From Puccinia triticina (taxonomy: Eukaryota): DNA of 64,000 nucleotides. The stretch spans positions 3,348,001 to 3,412,000 of the forward strand of contig CP110440.1 of assembly GCA_026914245.1 (NCBI GenBank), written 5' to 3'. The position numbers and the translations under genes were made by a program. Below, piece after piece: positions 13,201 to 24,885 of this stretch. The notes below the pieces were generated by a model that ran no database searches, was not told where the DNA came from, and was given only the letters and a program-made list of their open reading frames with translations. The stretch's first letter is position 1. Every line of letters begins with the position of its first letter.

Positions 13201-13694
13201 ACTCGGCGAAGCCCATGCAAGGATGCGCTTCAGTCAGACCGTCGACGTCGAGGATGTCGAGGAAGCTAACCGGCTCATCAGGGAGGCGCTCAAAGAAAGC
13301 GCCACTGATCCGATCACTGGCTTGATTGGTAAACAAACTCTTGCCCCATTTCCCCAGATCCCTGCTCCCTTCTTTACTGATCTGTATCTCTGGTTTTAAT
13401 GCTCTACCAGATCTCGATCTCTTACAAACCGGACAAGGCTTGCACCAGCGGAAGTTAATGGAAGACTTGAAGCGCGAAATCCTGAAGCTTCTCGACGCTG
13501 CCCAAGCCCAAACGGCGCGTGGTGTGCGTTGGCCCGTGCTCCTCGAGCTGCTCGCGAACCAGTCCTCGATCCCTATCGACCCCGCCGAGTTCTCCGACGT
13601 CCTCAAAGCTCTCGTCGAGGAGGGCCTTATCTCGATCTCAGGCGAACGCGACAAACGCGTCATCTTCCGCACTTCCTCCTTGAATCCTGCTTAA
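10233..13694 (+). CDS. MCM4: DNA replication licensing factor MCM4 (multi-exon, ~6 introns)
   Basis: Ser/Pro-rich N-terminus, TVIWGT, Zn finger CLSC...[19 protein letters not shown], Walker [63 protein letters not shown] Arg finger, [14 protein letters not shown] introns near 10404, 10609, 11098, 12384, 12932 and 13329. Confidence 0.97.
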
Positions 13695-14519
13695 TTTCCT
13701 CTTGTTTTTGATCTAATCGGATCCTTTCTCTTCCAGTACTCTTTTTTTGTCATTTTTTTTTTGGATTGTTGTCTCTTGTTTCAAGTTTGTGATAGATAGA
13801 CAGGTAGAAGGAAATCTCAACGGCAGAAAGTTGTTCTCTCAAATAAACTAGTCTAAGGGCAGCTTCAGATCCATTATTCTTTGGAGCAGAGGAGCACGCC
13901 AAAAGTGAGTATGAGAAGTGTATGCATGAAAGGGTTTTCTTAACATGTAGTAGATACTTGTTCAGATCATGAGATTGCGTATATGGATTCAACATAGAAA
14001 GGCCTCAAGGTGATTGCTTAACCAGTGCAAGTGGGCCTAGAACAGTCGCCAAGACACAAAACATTAGTAGCCACCTGCTAGTTGGAGCCTTGGAAGGTCA
14101 ATGGCTGGCGCAGACACCCCTTGCAATGGCCAATGGCTGGCGCTGGCACCCCTTGCAATGCAAAGCAAACCTCCAAAGGAGGAAATTGTGTTAAGCTAGC
14201 AAAGATCCTCAATCATATCAAATAAACTCCAGATGCATTATAATTGAGTTTCTAAACATCCCAAGTGAAGTGGGAGAAATCAGGCTATTCCAGGTTATGG
14301 ATCAGATTATTTAAGTGTTTGGCAGCATGATTGTTGCATAATAAATAATTACCGCATGTCTTGTTACATTATGCAAAACATCATTTTTTGGCCTGATCAT
14401 TTACATACATACACAGCCTTGGATGTGTGGGAAAAATTGATGAGATTAGAAGAGCAGAGTGATTGCCAAGATTGAGACTCGACACAAAGGGCCGTCCAAA
14501 CTTCAAAGCCAAGGGGAGG

Positions 14520-14730
14520 CGTCGGACAGACTCTGTCCGACAAGTTCCGCAATCCAGACCTCAAAAATGACGGAACTTGCCGGACAAACTCCGTCCGACA
14601 ACTGCTCGGACAGCCTGGTGCGAGCAGTTGTCCGACTTATTTTGTCCGATGAGTGCGGCAACTTGCTTGGCCTCTGCCGAGCTCATCGGACAAAGTCTGT
14701 CCGACAACCTGTCGGACAACCTTGTCCGAG
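14520..14730. repeat. Cluster of tcggaca/tgtccga motifs, TE-subterminal-like
   Basis: About a dozen direct and inverted copies of (t)gtccgac / gtcggaca within ~200 bp. Confidence 0.5.
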
Positions 14731-16234
14731 CGGATAGCTCATGCAGTGGCTTTATATAACAGATTTGGAGTGCCAGGTGTCCGGTGGGGAAGGGGCTGGG
14801 GGCGCAGGAATGGAGTCTGGAGGGGCAGCTGCCAGCCGGGGTTTTGCAGGCGCACTCCGTGCAGCTCGAGCGGCTCAACTTCTATGTAAGCCGCCCGCCA
14901 ATTGGGAGAAGGGCATCTAAAAGGCGCCTTCCCAGACATCTGGGAGCCCGCCATTTTAGATGTCAGCTCTCCAGTATCATAGGTGCGCCATTATCTGGAA
15001 CGCGGACCCATGGTTGGGTGGCCGAGGCATCTGAGGTGAGCACCGCAATGCCTCTTCATGTCGCGCCTTCGCCGGCCCGATGGCGAACACAGATGCGCAC
15101 ATCGGGCTCGCGACTCTGCAAGGGGCAGAATTGGCGACCTAGGCACCAGGGAACGCCCACTTGATATGGACCTCAGCGGGCGGCTGCATGACTGGTCCGA
15201 TCGGGTGGCGGCACCAGATGACGCCCCAACCATAACGCATAGGTGGCGACCCGCTGAGGTGGCTGGCTGACGCCTAACCCTGGATCTGCCACGATGGTGC
15301 ACATGCTGACGCCTTCTACGCTCGGGCGGACAGCGGTGTACCATGGTGCCGCCACCGCGACTCCTGGTCACGCTGGCGTCCTGTGACGCCCACCTGGCGC
15401 ATGTACGACTCCTGCGTCAGGTGGGCGCAGCGGCTTTTCCCGTTTTGCCCGGGTGTGTTGGCCAGTACGAAAATAGTGATGGGGTCCCACAACCGTTCGA
15501 GGAACTCGGGCGTGAGGAGATGCCGTCGAGCAACGCGACATGGGGGGCGACGAGCTTGGCGAAATACTTGGCCTTGGCTCTGGCAATCACCAGCTGGGCT
15601 GTGGAGGCCGCTTCGGCGACTGAGATGGTCTCGAGGATCACGGCAAGCCCTCATGTATCGACTGCCCGCTGAGCCCTCGTCTTCCTCTGTGTGTTGGCCT
15701 CGTCGAGACGACCAGCCTGACGACGAGCTGGTCCAGGTGGGCCGGAAATGGAAATCACGAAACGGCTGCAACTTCCACTCGTTGGGAAGGGTTCGAGATT
15801 CACAGGGCAGGATCGATGATGATGTGGCCGGCGAGGCTGCTGGTAATGTATCGGTAGTCCGTGCGCGCGAAGCGCCCAGGGGACTTAACATAGTCGCCTT
15901 GAGACCTGTGTATTGGCCATTGAAGTCCTGTACCCCAGAGAAGGGTACGGTTGGTTTCCGAATTCGGATCCGACAAATGCCACAGCCTGGCCATCAGCCC
16001 CCATCAGCCCGTCAGCTGAAGCCACCCTGTTGGATACAGGAGACGCTCTTGATCCACTCGTAGCAACCAACCAGGCGTGCTGCTTCGGGTAGTGTGATCA
16101 GAATCGAGCATAAAAGCTGAGCTTTTGAAACCATTCAACGCTTTCGTCAGCCTAACATACACCAACAGCCCCCACCTCTTTCTTCTTGTGCTCGATCGTA
16201 CTTTCCTGAACACTTCAAAACCTTCACCACAAGC

Positions 16235-17094
16235 ATGTTTCCAGCCAGCTCAATCTGGAAACTGTACGCCGTTTCGGCCGTGATTGCCTTCGTCAGTCTA
16301 ACAGCCGTTGCCAATGTTTTCGAGACTTTCCCGCGAACAAGAGATCCTGTTTACTGTGAAAGCTTCCAGACTATCGCAAACTCAGCCGTTTTACCAGAAG
16401 GGAAAGTTTGTAAGTCATTTCAATCCCGTGATTGTATTTAAACCGGAGGTTGTTCAAGCTCTGACTGTCGAAACACTTCGTTCACAGCTTGCAAAACAGG
16501 CAAAGGTGACCGGCATTTTTGTAGCCGCAATTCATGCGATTTCAACCTGGTCACTGGTAAGTCGCAATTGTCCATCAGCCTGTTGGTCAAGAACTGTGAC
16601 TAATAATCATTGTCATCCCTTGACTTTCGTTGTCTGCGAATCCATCAGTCGACGAGTGGACCTATGAAGGTTGCGTAGGTTCCCCCAATCATGGCAAAAT
16701 TATCCCAAAGGGCAAGCCTAAAAACGTCCACGTGGCCAAATACTGGACTCATTGGAACAAACCAGGAGAGGAAAGTGGATACAAGGGTGCGTAATCCCCC
16801 TTGTTCTTTACCAATACAGATGATGGAGTAAATAACTGAAGCTTTCTTTCGTTGCAAACCTTCGGGGTTTAGTTGTCATTGGTTGGGACAACCCAAATGA
16901 CAGGTCAACACGCGCTTACCAATGTCCATGGTACAAATCCTCTGATCACAACAGCGCCCTCGTTAGTGAGTGCAAGCTTTCAATTCTTAGCAACATCAAG
17001 TGGTGGTTACTCAAATCTTCCTGTTCTGTACAACTTCTTAGTGTGTACTGACTGCTTCAGCCATGACTTCACGGAACAACCTCCACCAGCCTAG
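16235..17094 (+). CDS. Small secreted cysteine-rich protein (candidate rust effector), ~5 exons
   Basis: Hydrophobic N-terminus MFPASSIWKLYAVSAVIAFVSLTAVA. GT-AG splicing gives VYCESFQT.. / CKTGKGDRHFCSRNSCDFN / DEWTYEGCVGS..YWTHWNK / VIGWDN..AYQCPWY / CTDCFSHDFTEQPPPA*, about 8 Cys. Confidence 0.8.
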
Positions 17095-17318
17095 TCGGCC
17101 TTGCCCCCGGCAAGTAGGCCGAACTCGCATAGCGCCCTTCCATCAAGAGTGACTTGAATTTCAACAGATTTCAACCAATTTGATTTATTCCATTGTAGTG
17201 TGCTCGTTCAAGAGTGATACCCCATATGTGCTGATCCAAGCTGATCCAAGCACCAAAAACAATTGTATTTCTCTTGAAAATCTCACCTTCCCATTCTCAA
17301 TTGTATGTAACTGTTGAA

Positions 17319-17584
17319 AGGACCCTGGCAAGCGCGGCCAGAGGGTACTCATGAAAATGTATGAATGTTTAAAGCGACTTTGGCTCACAACCAAACATGA
17401 TAAATGGATTCTGAAAAGATGGGCACATGTAGGCTTAAAGGGAGAATAATGTACTGCTAATTTCTCCTCAAAATGTGGTAAATGTTGGCAAGAAAAGCCA
17501 GAAATGTCTTTTAAAAATGTATGAATCCCACGATTTTTGAATTGATTTTCATGAGTACCCTCTGGCCGCGCTTGGCAGGGTCCT
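17319..17584. mobile_element. MITE (266 bp) with 8-bp TSD
   Basis: ~40-bp TIR aggaccctggcaagcgcggccagagggtactcatgaaaat / attttcatgagtaccctctggccgcgcttggcagggtcct. TSD ctgttgaa at 17311-17318 and 17585-17592. Confidence 0.85.
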
Positions 17585-18214
17585 CTGTTGAATTCACTCC
17601 TCCTCGGGGGAGCGAAGCAACCTCCGAACCTCCTTCGGAGGGTCCCTGCGTGACGGCGTCTCCCCCCGAGGGACCTAGTTTAGGCGCAAACTCGCGGGGC
17701 GCAAGAAACCTCCCTGTAGGGACTTGTGTCAAGTTTGAGCTCAACCAGGCTCCTGATAAACTCATTTTTTTCTCATTCCTCCTATGTGTCATGAACAAAG
17801 TAAGAGCACAAATCATATCACTCTGGGGATTTCCGTATCCAACAAACGGTTGGGCTAATGATTCATCCAGAGTTGCAATACAGATTAGCTATTCAGATCT
17901 CAGGCTGTCTTTGAGGTGGATGACAAATAGCCCTCTGAATAGAGATGGGCCCAATTATAAACAGTTATTGAAGTTTTATTGTAATATATTCCAAACATCA
18001 TTCAAAACAAAATCTCTTAACTTTTTGTGGCAAATACAGGCCCAAATATGTTTCAAAAAAGCCCCAATAATTATGTACAATTATAAACCTGCAGGCCACA
18101 CAACAGGAATTCCAAATTCCTGGCCAACACCACCTGTTCCGCCCGCCCCACCCAGCCTGTGCGATAACCACGACCGCACGGCCTCACCTGACCACACACA
18201 ATCAACTGCTGCAA

Positions 18215-20022
18215 ATGATCCCCCCTCCCCTTGACCCCACACCTATTCATATGTATGCCATGTGGCAATGGCAGCAACTCCAGCAAATCCCAGAACAAAT
18301 CTATGTACCCGCTGGCCGGACCGCCTTCAAGAGGCCCAATCACTGGGAACCTTGGAATGAAGACCGGATACCTGCGGTCAGGTTTATTGAATACTTCCGA
18401 ATGTCTAGGGTGGATTTCAAATGGCTTTGCGAAGAATTGCGCGGCGAATTGCAACAAGATGCACTTGGCCAAGGCGAACCACTCACGGTTGAAGCCCAAG
18501 TAGCTGTAGGGCTCTATCAGGTGGGTCATGGAGCCACATATGTCAACATTGGCCATGTCTTCAATATAGGCAAGGAGACAGCAGAAAAAGCCTCAGCTAG
18601 ATTTGTCAAGGCAGTGCTCCGGGTCCTCAGCATTCGCTTGGTAAGGTGTGTAATCTGTCCTCCCTCTACCACATGTGCTATTGCACTATATAACTGATTT
18701 TTTTACTCTTCTGTGATAGCTGGCCTGCTTTGGACAAGGCCGAGGAATGGGATTTGATCAAAGAGTCTTTTTCAAGACAACACGGCATCCTCGACCTTGT
18801 GGGGGAAATTGACGGGACCCATGTACTGTAAGATTGAGAAGTCTGATCTTGTATTGCAAACACTTGATAAAACCAGTAGTAGTAATAACTTGAACAAAAA
18901 AACAAGAATAAGAATCAATGATGAAAAAAACAACGGTGAATAAATGAAAGAGTTGTTACCTGATGAGTAAAAACAAAAAATCAAAAACAGACAGACAATA
19001 AGATGATGGTACACTTGAGACAGAAACTAAAACAACAGAAATTGATCATAAGTAACAACAACCCGATTTGATGACAGAGCCAGTTAATGATACCTCTAGA
19101 TCTCCCCCTGGGTACCTTGCGTGATATCGATGTGAAGTACTGATTGAGTCTTGATTGTTTGGCTTGAGTTGATAGTTTGATCCTTGGGTCTTGAGTGTTG
19201 TTCCAGCTTCGAAAATTGTTGGTCCTGCCCGCGAGTTGTCCCAGCGCACTCAGTCCAGAGAACTCCTTTCTAGAATGTCATGGAAGTTGATGCAACTGTG
19301 TAATGCATGTGACATTTCAATCCAACATGTACCGCTGGCTGTACCCCCCCATGACAAATGGAAAGGATACATAAACCAAAAAAACTGGTCATCCATTGTA
19401 TTCCAGTGTGTGGTTGACGGCGACGGGAACTTTTGCAATGTGAGTATCCTTGCTTACTCATGCGTGTCCACGCACTCATTTGGGGCTGGTGGTTCTATAG
19501 GTCAGTGGGGGTGGACCCGGTTCCATGCACAATACTCGCGTTTTCAGGCGCTCCTTCATAGGGCAAAGCCTCCTAGGATTTGCTCCACCGATGATACCGC
19601 CGAGGGCCATGCTAGTCGGGGACGCAGGCTATCCTGGTGCCTTATGAATCGTGGCAACCCCCAAGAATCATTGCTTCAATTACATCCAATCTGCCACTCG
19701 GATTGTTGTGGAGCAGACATTTGGGCAGTTGAAGAACCACTTCCGTATTATCCTGACGGCTCAGGCTGCAGGGCCAATACGGGCCCGGTCAAACACTTTT
19801 GTGTGTATGATCCTGCCCAACCTTCTCAATCACCGGGGGTCCCTTTACCTCCAGGACTGGGACAATCGATTGACACTTGAACAGTTGTACGGCCAGAGGA
19901 TCCCTCGCAATCTGGGGAACGTTGCAGATGATGCTCAGGCGCCTGGTGAACACACCCCCTCAATGTGGACTCGACGGGACCAGATCAGAGATCTTCTGTG
20001 CACCCAAGGCAGAGTCCTGTAA
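18215..20022 (+). pseudogene. PIF/Harbinger DDE transposase (HARBI1-like), disrupted
   Basis: FIEYFRMSRVDF, VAVGLY..GATYVNIGHVFNIGKETA, VGEIDGTHV, YINQKNWSSIVFQCVVD, LVGDAGYP and FNYIQSATRIVVEQTFGQLKNHFRIIL motifs. Solo-LTR insertion and frame disruptions. Confidence 0.9.
18827..19327. mobile_element. Solo LTR (501 bp) with 5-bp TSD
   Basis: TGTAAG...CCAACA termini. TSD tgtac at 18822-18826 and 19328-19332. Splits the DGTHV|PLAVP motif. Confidence 0.9.
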
Positions 20023-20599
20023 TACCCGGCTTTTGGGTCACGGAATTCACATTTCTTTACGCTTAACTTCATTTTATGCTTAACTGCATTTGTTAAGGGT
20101 ATATTGTTGATTGATCACATGGGAAAAATCATGGAATTCCCAATAAGATGTAAATTTTTTGTTAAGGGGATATTATTGACTGATCAGATGGGACAAATCA
20201 TGGAATTCCAAAACTCTGGCGGCTTGATAACTATTGTACCAATTGGGCACCTGCTTGGGCTGCTCGGCGGCGTAAAGCAATGGCGCCCTGGCATGAGGCC
20301 CGGGCGGCGCCAAGCGAAAATTCTATGTCCCGGAGACTGTTCTCATTGTCCCGTAGAAAAAAGGGCCAATCCACGATCCTATTCTCGCTTAGGATAGTCC
20401 AGGTGTGAGTATCGTGGGCGCAGATACGACATAGGGCTAGAAACCCCTCGAGGGTGAGACCCCTTGTGGGGGGGACTCCGAGGCGGCGGTGTGGCGAACC
20501 TGAATGTAGCCTAAACAAATATCACCAATTTAATTTGGTTGTGGATTTGCAACAACAGCAAAAAAAAGTGCAACAAAAAAAGCGACTGACATGCCGAGT

Positions 20600-21260
20600 A
20601 GCCTGCCCGGGAAGCGGGTGCTTTAACTGCTGGAACGGACCAGTCATTGAGGCTCAACGACCGGAACGACTTGGCCATCGAGGGGACTTATGTGTTACCC
20701 CTCCCCGTGGCCGGTTGTACCGCTCGGCGCTCATCTACATATGTGTCAGCATCTATCGGCGATCACGCTTGATGGCCAGGTAGCTGGTCCGTACCAGTCA
20801 TCAAGGCTGAACTCTTGATGCCGGGTGCGTATATTCTACTTTCTCCTACATCCGGCCATTGAAAGGAGTGCAAAATGTCATCTCAATGGCTGGCGCTTGT
20901 ACAGGTCATTGAGAGCAACACACTACTCGATAGCCGGCCATCAAGAGGGGGTACACACTCCCATTGATGGCCCATCTATTCCGGTCATTGAGGGGAGTGT
21001 GAATCTTGTCTTGATCATTGTCAGGTACCCACTCCCTTCGCGACCTGCCATCTGGCCTTCAAGAACAACTCACCAAGCCTTTGATGGCCGACCCCGAACG
21101 GTCATCAAGAAGGGATCAAACTACTCCCCTCAATGGACATTTTGTTCCGGCCATTCTGGTCCATTCCAGTATGACCAATACCCGCGCCGGCGATGGGTAT
21201 TGATCATACTGGATGAGATCCACCCGCGGCTGGGTGGGAGGGTGGGCACCTGAGATGGTC
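20600..21260. repeat. Degenerate array related to the interior of the 52-1066 MITE
   Basis: Repeated ccggtcattgagggg / ggccatcgagggg / gatggccgg motifs. Ends not resolved. Confidence 0.45.
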
Positions 21261-21519
21261 AGGATACTTAATTGACCTTTTTTTGTGTGTGTAAATAACC
21301 ATGGTGATTCTGCCAAAGCAGAATTGCTTAGGCTAGATTCATCTCCCCGGCGGCATGGATCCTGCTCGTCCACTCTGACCCCGTTGATGTAATACTCGGT
21401 GGGCCGGGCGCGTCGACCGGCTGGGCCGCTTGGGCAAGGTCTGACTCCTTGTTGTCGACCTGGGACCCGAGGTGGGGGCGCAACGTGCGGTCTTGCCAGT
21501 TGGGCCGCAAGACAAGCGT

Positions 21520-22690
21520 TGTTATGGCACATCATTTCATATATTTACATAGCTGCCACGTTTTCATGTATTTCTCATCAACACAATTACATAATCAAAA
21601 TCATGTATATATATTCTACATACTTCAGAATCTTATTTTTCCCTTGGGGGAGTTTTTCCACATCATTCTTGCCATATCCTGATATCTCAGCTCTTCAGGT
21701 TATGAGCCCGCGCTGTCACCAGCGGGATAACTCTGTATTACACCTCAATTTTTTTTATACTATAATTGTATTTTCAACTCCAAGCATCACGCTTAGCATC
21801 CTCTTTCGCAAAGCCTGACATCAATACTGGTAGTTGTCCTCTACTTGTTCTTTTATGGTGCATACTCGCTCTTGCAATCCTGAAGTTGTCATTCCGGACT
21901 TCACAGCAAGGGTTACACCAACTCGGATTCCACTATCTACTTACCGGTCTCCGTCCCCTCAATCTTCCACTACGTCCTTTCATTCTGTCAATCTGTCTAT
22001 GTCAGACGACAACGAAAGCTCAAACTCAATAGTTCCTGGAGCCTTCCCTTCCAAAAACCCAATTTCTGTACCATCCTCCCCAGTTTACCCCTTTCAGACC
22101 AACCTTGTCAAACAATCAACCATGCGTCCCTCGTTCCGCCCATTGTTGTCAGAATATCTGTCCAAAAATTGCGCTCTCATGCGCCCTTGTGCTCTGCATC
22201 CGCGCATCCAAGGATGAACTCAAAGTTCAACCCTGGGAATCCCTTCTGACTTTTCCCCATCTCGCTCGGAATCATCAACATCCGAACACACTTGACGAAC
22301 GACAGCAATCATCAAATCAGCAGTCTCCATTGTTGTTGCAGCGGGATCACCTGTTTTAGGACTCAAGAGTAGTGGTGACTACCCCCTTCATCCCTTCTTT
22401 CTCCCATTGTCTCACCGCCGTTTCTTCTTCTTCCATTTTTCATCACTGACTCTTTTTCTTCAGTCTCCTTGTCCAGTGTTTTTGTTTTGTTTTGTTATTG
22501 TGCTTGTCTATCTATTCGTTGCTCTATCCGATCCTCTAGGTATATTTCATCATCCTCTTTCTTCTGTTTTTCCTTTTTCCTTGTTCTTGTGTTTATTGTT
22601 TTCTCTTCTTTGTCTGATGCTGAAATATCACACTCTAGTTTCGCCTCAAACTCTCGCAGATTTACAGTCTCAACAGCACCGAAACACCTA
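21520..22690 (+). mobile_element. Copia remnant: 5' LTR (21520-21697), PBS and decayed internal sequence
   Basis: TGTTATGG...CTCTTCA followed at once by GGTTATGAGCCC (21698-21709), the internal initiator-Met-tRNA PBS type of Ty5/copia. Confidence 0.7.
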
Positions 22691-24885
22691 GAGGCATGGT
22701 TGTATGGCAATTCTCCTGAGAACTTCTCCCAGTCACTATTCTTTGGTATGCCTTTCCACAACTCTTTCCTCATGTCAGAATCAATAGATCCATGATCAAT
22801 ATAAGGGAATTCATCATTGGTAATTAGATTATTATCATTGCTAGCTGACTTGGAGGAATTGACTCTAGCAGATTGGTGGGGGTCAGGTAGAGGAGTATTG
22901 TCCATGGCATGTGGAGGTTTGTGAGAATCATATTGGGAAGGATTTCTCTGATTGCTTTGATTGTGATGACTCTCACTCTGCAAATTAAGCAATGGGTTAT
23001 TATAATTGAGATGAGGGGGACAATCCCTATTAGCAGGTGCAATGAAACTCTCTAACTTGGTATTGGTTTGATGTACCACAGAAGAAATATCACTAAATCT
23101 TCTCATACTTTGCTCAAACCTGTTATGACCATTAGCTTGAAGATCACTCATTTTGTTTTCTAAAGAAAAAAGCTTGTGATGCATTTTGTCTTCCATATCA
23201 TCTAAGTTCTTACCAAGTGTGTCCATGTTGGAGTGGCATTGGGCTTCATTGACTAGAATAAGGTCTTTTACTCCTTCCAATTTCTCTTGGACACCTTCCA
23301 GCTTCTCCTCAATGAGTTTTCTCAATTGTTCTAACTCATTGGTGTTCCCAGGTGGTCTTTCTTTGGCACAGTCTCCCACTTGGTTCAGGAATTGATCAAG
23401 CAATTGAGGCATAAATTCCTCTCTAAAGATGTCTATGATTGAAACATTCAGTACTTCTTTGAAGTTATGGACACAAGATTCTAACAAGTAACCTGGGATG
23501 GTTTCAAAATTTTCAGATAACTCAGACAGGAATTTAGAGAAGAGTACTTTTAATTTTCCTTCTAGCAACAAGGGGCCATTATTGGATAAGTTATCATTCA
23601 AGGTATTTAGAAATACTTCTCTACTAGAGGGCCTACAGGGATTTTCTAGGTCTAAACTTAAACCAATGGGAGAGGCTGAACTTGATGAGGAGTGCTTCTG
23701 CCTCTGCCTCTCCTGTTGTCCCTCCCTGTAGTTTGAGTGAGTCTCATATAGAACTCCCCTACATTGAGGATTTGATTGGTGTCCGCCATGGGCAGGTTCC
23801 TGTTTCTCCCGGATCCTCTCAAGCCGCGCGAAGGGGCTTGGGTCTGTCTGCTCGCGTGCAGCACTTCGGCGTGCGGATAAGAAGGTTGATGTTGTTGGTA
23901 GCTCGCTTCCTGGCGCTCGTAGGGATGGTGTCGCGACGCTAGGTTCGCATCGAGCTGTGTAGAAGCTGGATGGCATCTTGCTATTTGCTTTTGCAGCGGC
24001 GGCGGGAGCGCGCGCTGAAGCGGCCGGTCGGAGGAGCGGGTAGGATCCCGGTAATCTACTCAGTGCGCTCGGTGTTAAAAATCTGGCGGCTCTGGCGTCG
24101 GTGTAGCCATCAAGGGCTGGTGGCTGGGGTGCGGAGCTATAGCTAGGCTGGGATGGGTCTGAGCTATTTGCTCTGGTTTGTTTGGCGGCTTGGTGCCGGT
24201 GGTCCTGTAGAAGAGGGACCTTTCTAAGCTTTCCAGCTTGTCCCGAGGGAGCCATTGCTGGCAGAGTCGACTGGCTTCGTCCCTCCCGACTATCTATACT
24301 ATCTTGTCTTGGGTCGTTGCGGCCTAGGACAGGAGCATTCACATGGACTGGATGTTCAGTGATTCCCGGGCTCTGATGAAGAGGTTGAACTGGACGTTGA
24401 AAAGGTGGACTAGACTCGTCACCTCCTACTCCTCTCGAATGACTTCCATCGACCCGGAAGAACTCTCCATGCGTGGGGCCGGAGCGAGCGGAAGGAGGGA
24501 TGGGCTTGGGGAGGCTTTTGTTTGTAAGCTTTCGTGAGGGGTGGCTGTAGAACTGGTCACAAACAAACGGCTCAGCAGCTCGTTGTAGCTTGCTCTTGGG
24601 CAGTTCTCCGCTGCACTCGCCGTCTCTTGCTCCACCTGACGAGGGATGGGAGTGAATTGATTCGACTCCATGGCCATGGACGTGGCTCTCGAGTTGTACA
24701 GGGCTAATGAGATTACCGTTTCCTGCGGGAGGGGTTTCCCTTCCGCAAAGACCAATAGATCCTTGTTGACCATAAGCAAGGCTGACTCTACGTCTTCGAA
24801 GCCTCTCTTCGGCGGCAGGGCTAAGTTTGTAACGGAGGTGTTGCTCGGTTGAGATATCTCGGCCATCTCTGAGGGGCGGAGGCAT
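22495..24885 (-). CDS. Gag-like ORF of the Gypsy element, truncated at ~22695
   Basis: Part of the 870-aa ORF just downstream of the PBS. Low-complexity N-terminal half, coiled-coil, then DSDMRKELWKGIPKNSDWEKFSGELPYNH, after which it reads into unrelated Copia-remnant sequence. Confidence 0.6.
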   Translation of the reverse strand: MPPPLRDGRDISTEQHLRYKLSPAAEERLRRRRVSLAYGQQGSIGLCGRETPPAGNGNLISPVQLESHVHGHGVESIHSHPSSGGARDGECSGELPKSKLQRAAEPFVCDQFYSHPSRKLTNKSLPKPIPPSARSGPTHGEFFRVDGSHSRGVGGDESSPPFQRPVQPLHQSPGITEHPVHVNAPVLGRNDPRQDSIDSREGRSQSTLPAMAPSGQAGKLRKVPLLQDHRHQAAKQTRANSSDPSQPSYSSAPQPPALDGYTDARAARFLTPSALSRLPGSYPLLRPAASARAPAAAAKANSKMPSSFYTARCEPSVATPSLRAPGSELPTTSTFLSARRSAAREQTDPSPFARLERIREKQEPAHGGHQSNPQCRGVLYETHSNYREGQQERQRQKHSSSSSASPIGLSLDLENPCRPSSREVFLNTLNDNLSNNGPLLLEGKLKVLFSKFLSELSENFETIPGYLLESCVHNFKEVLNVSIIDIFREEFMPQLLDQFLNQVGDCAKERPPGNTNELEQLRKLIEEKLEGVQEKLEGVKDLILVNEAQCHSNMDTLGKNLDDMEDKMHHKLFSLENKMSDLQANGHNRFEQSMRRFSDISSVVHQTNTKLESFIAPANRDCPPHLNYNNPLLNLQSESHHNQSNQRNPSQYDSHKPPHAMDNTPLPDPHQSARVNSSKSASNDNNLITNDEFPYIDHGSIDSDMRKELWKGIPKNSDWEKFSGELPYNHASRCFGAVETVNLREFEAKLECDISASDKEEKTINTRTRKKEKQKKEDDEIYLEDRIEQRIDRQAQ

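Noticed and set aside
14900..16070. Overlapping GC-rich ORFs (up to 226 aa) as a gene
   Set aside because: No recognisable motif or consistent exon structure. Likely a TE or gene relic; left unassigned.
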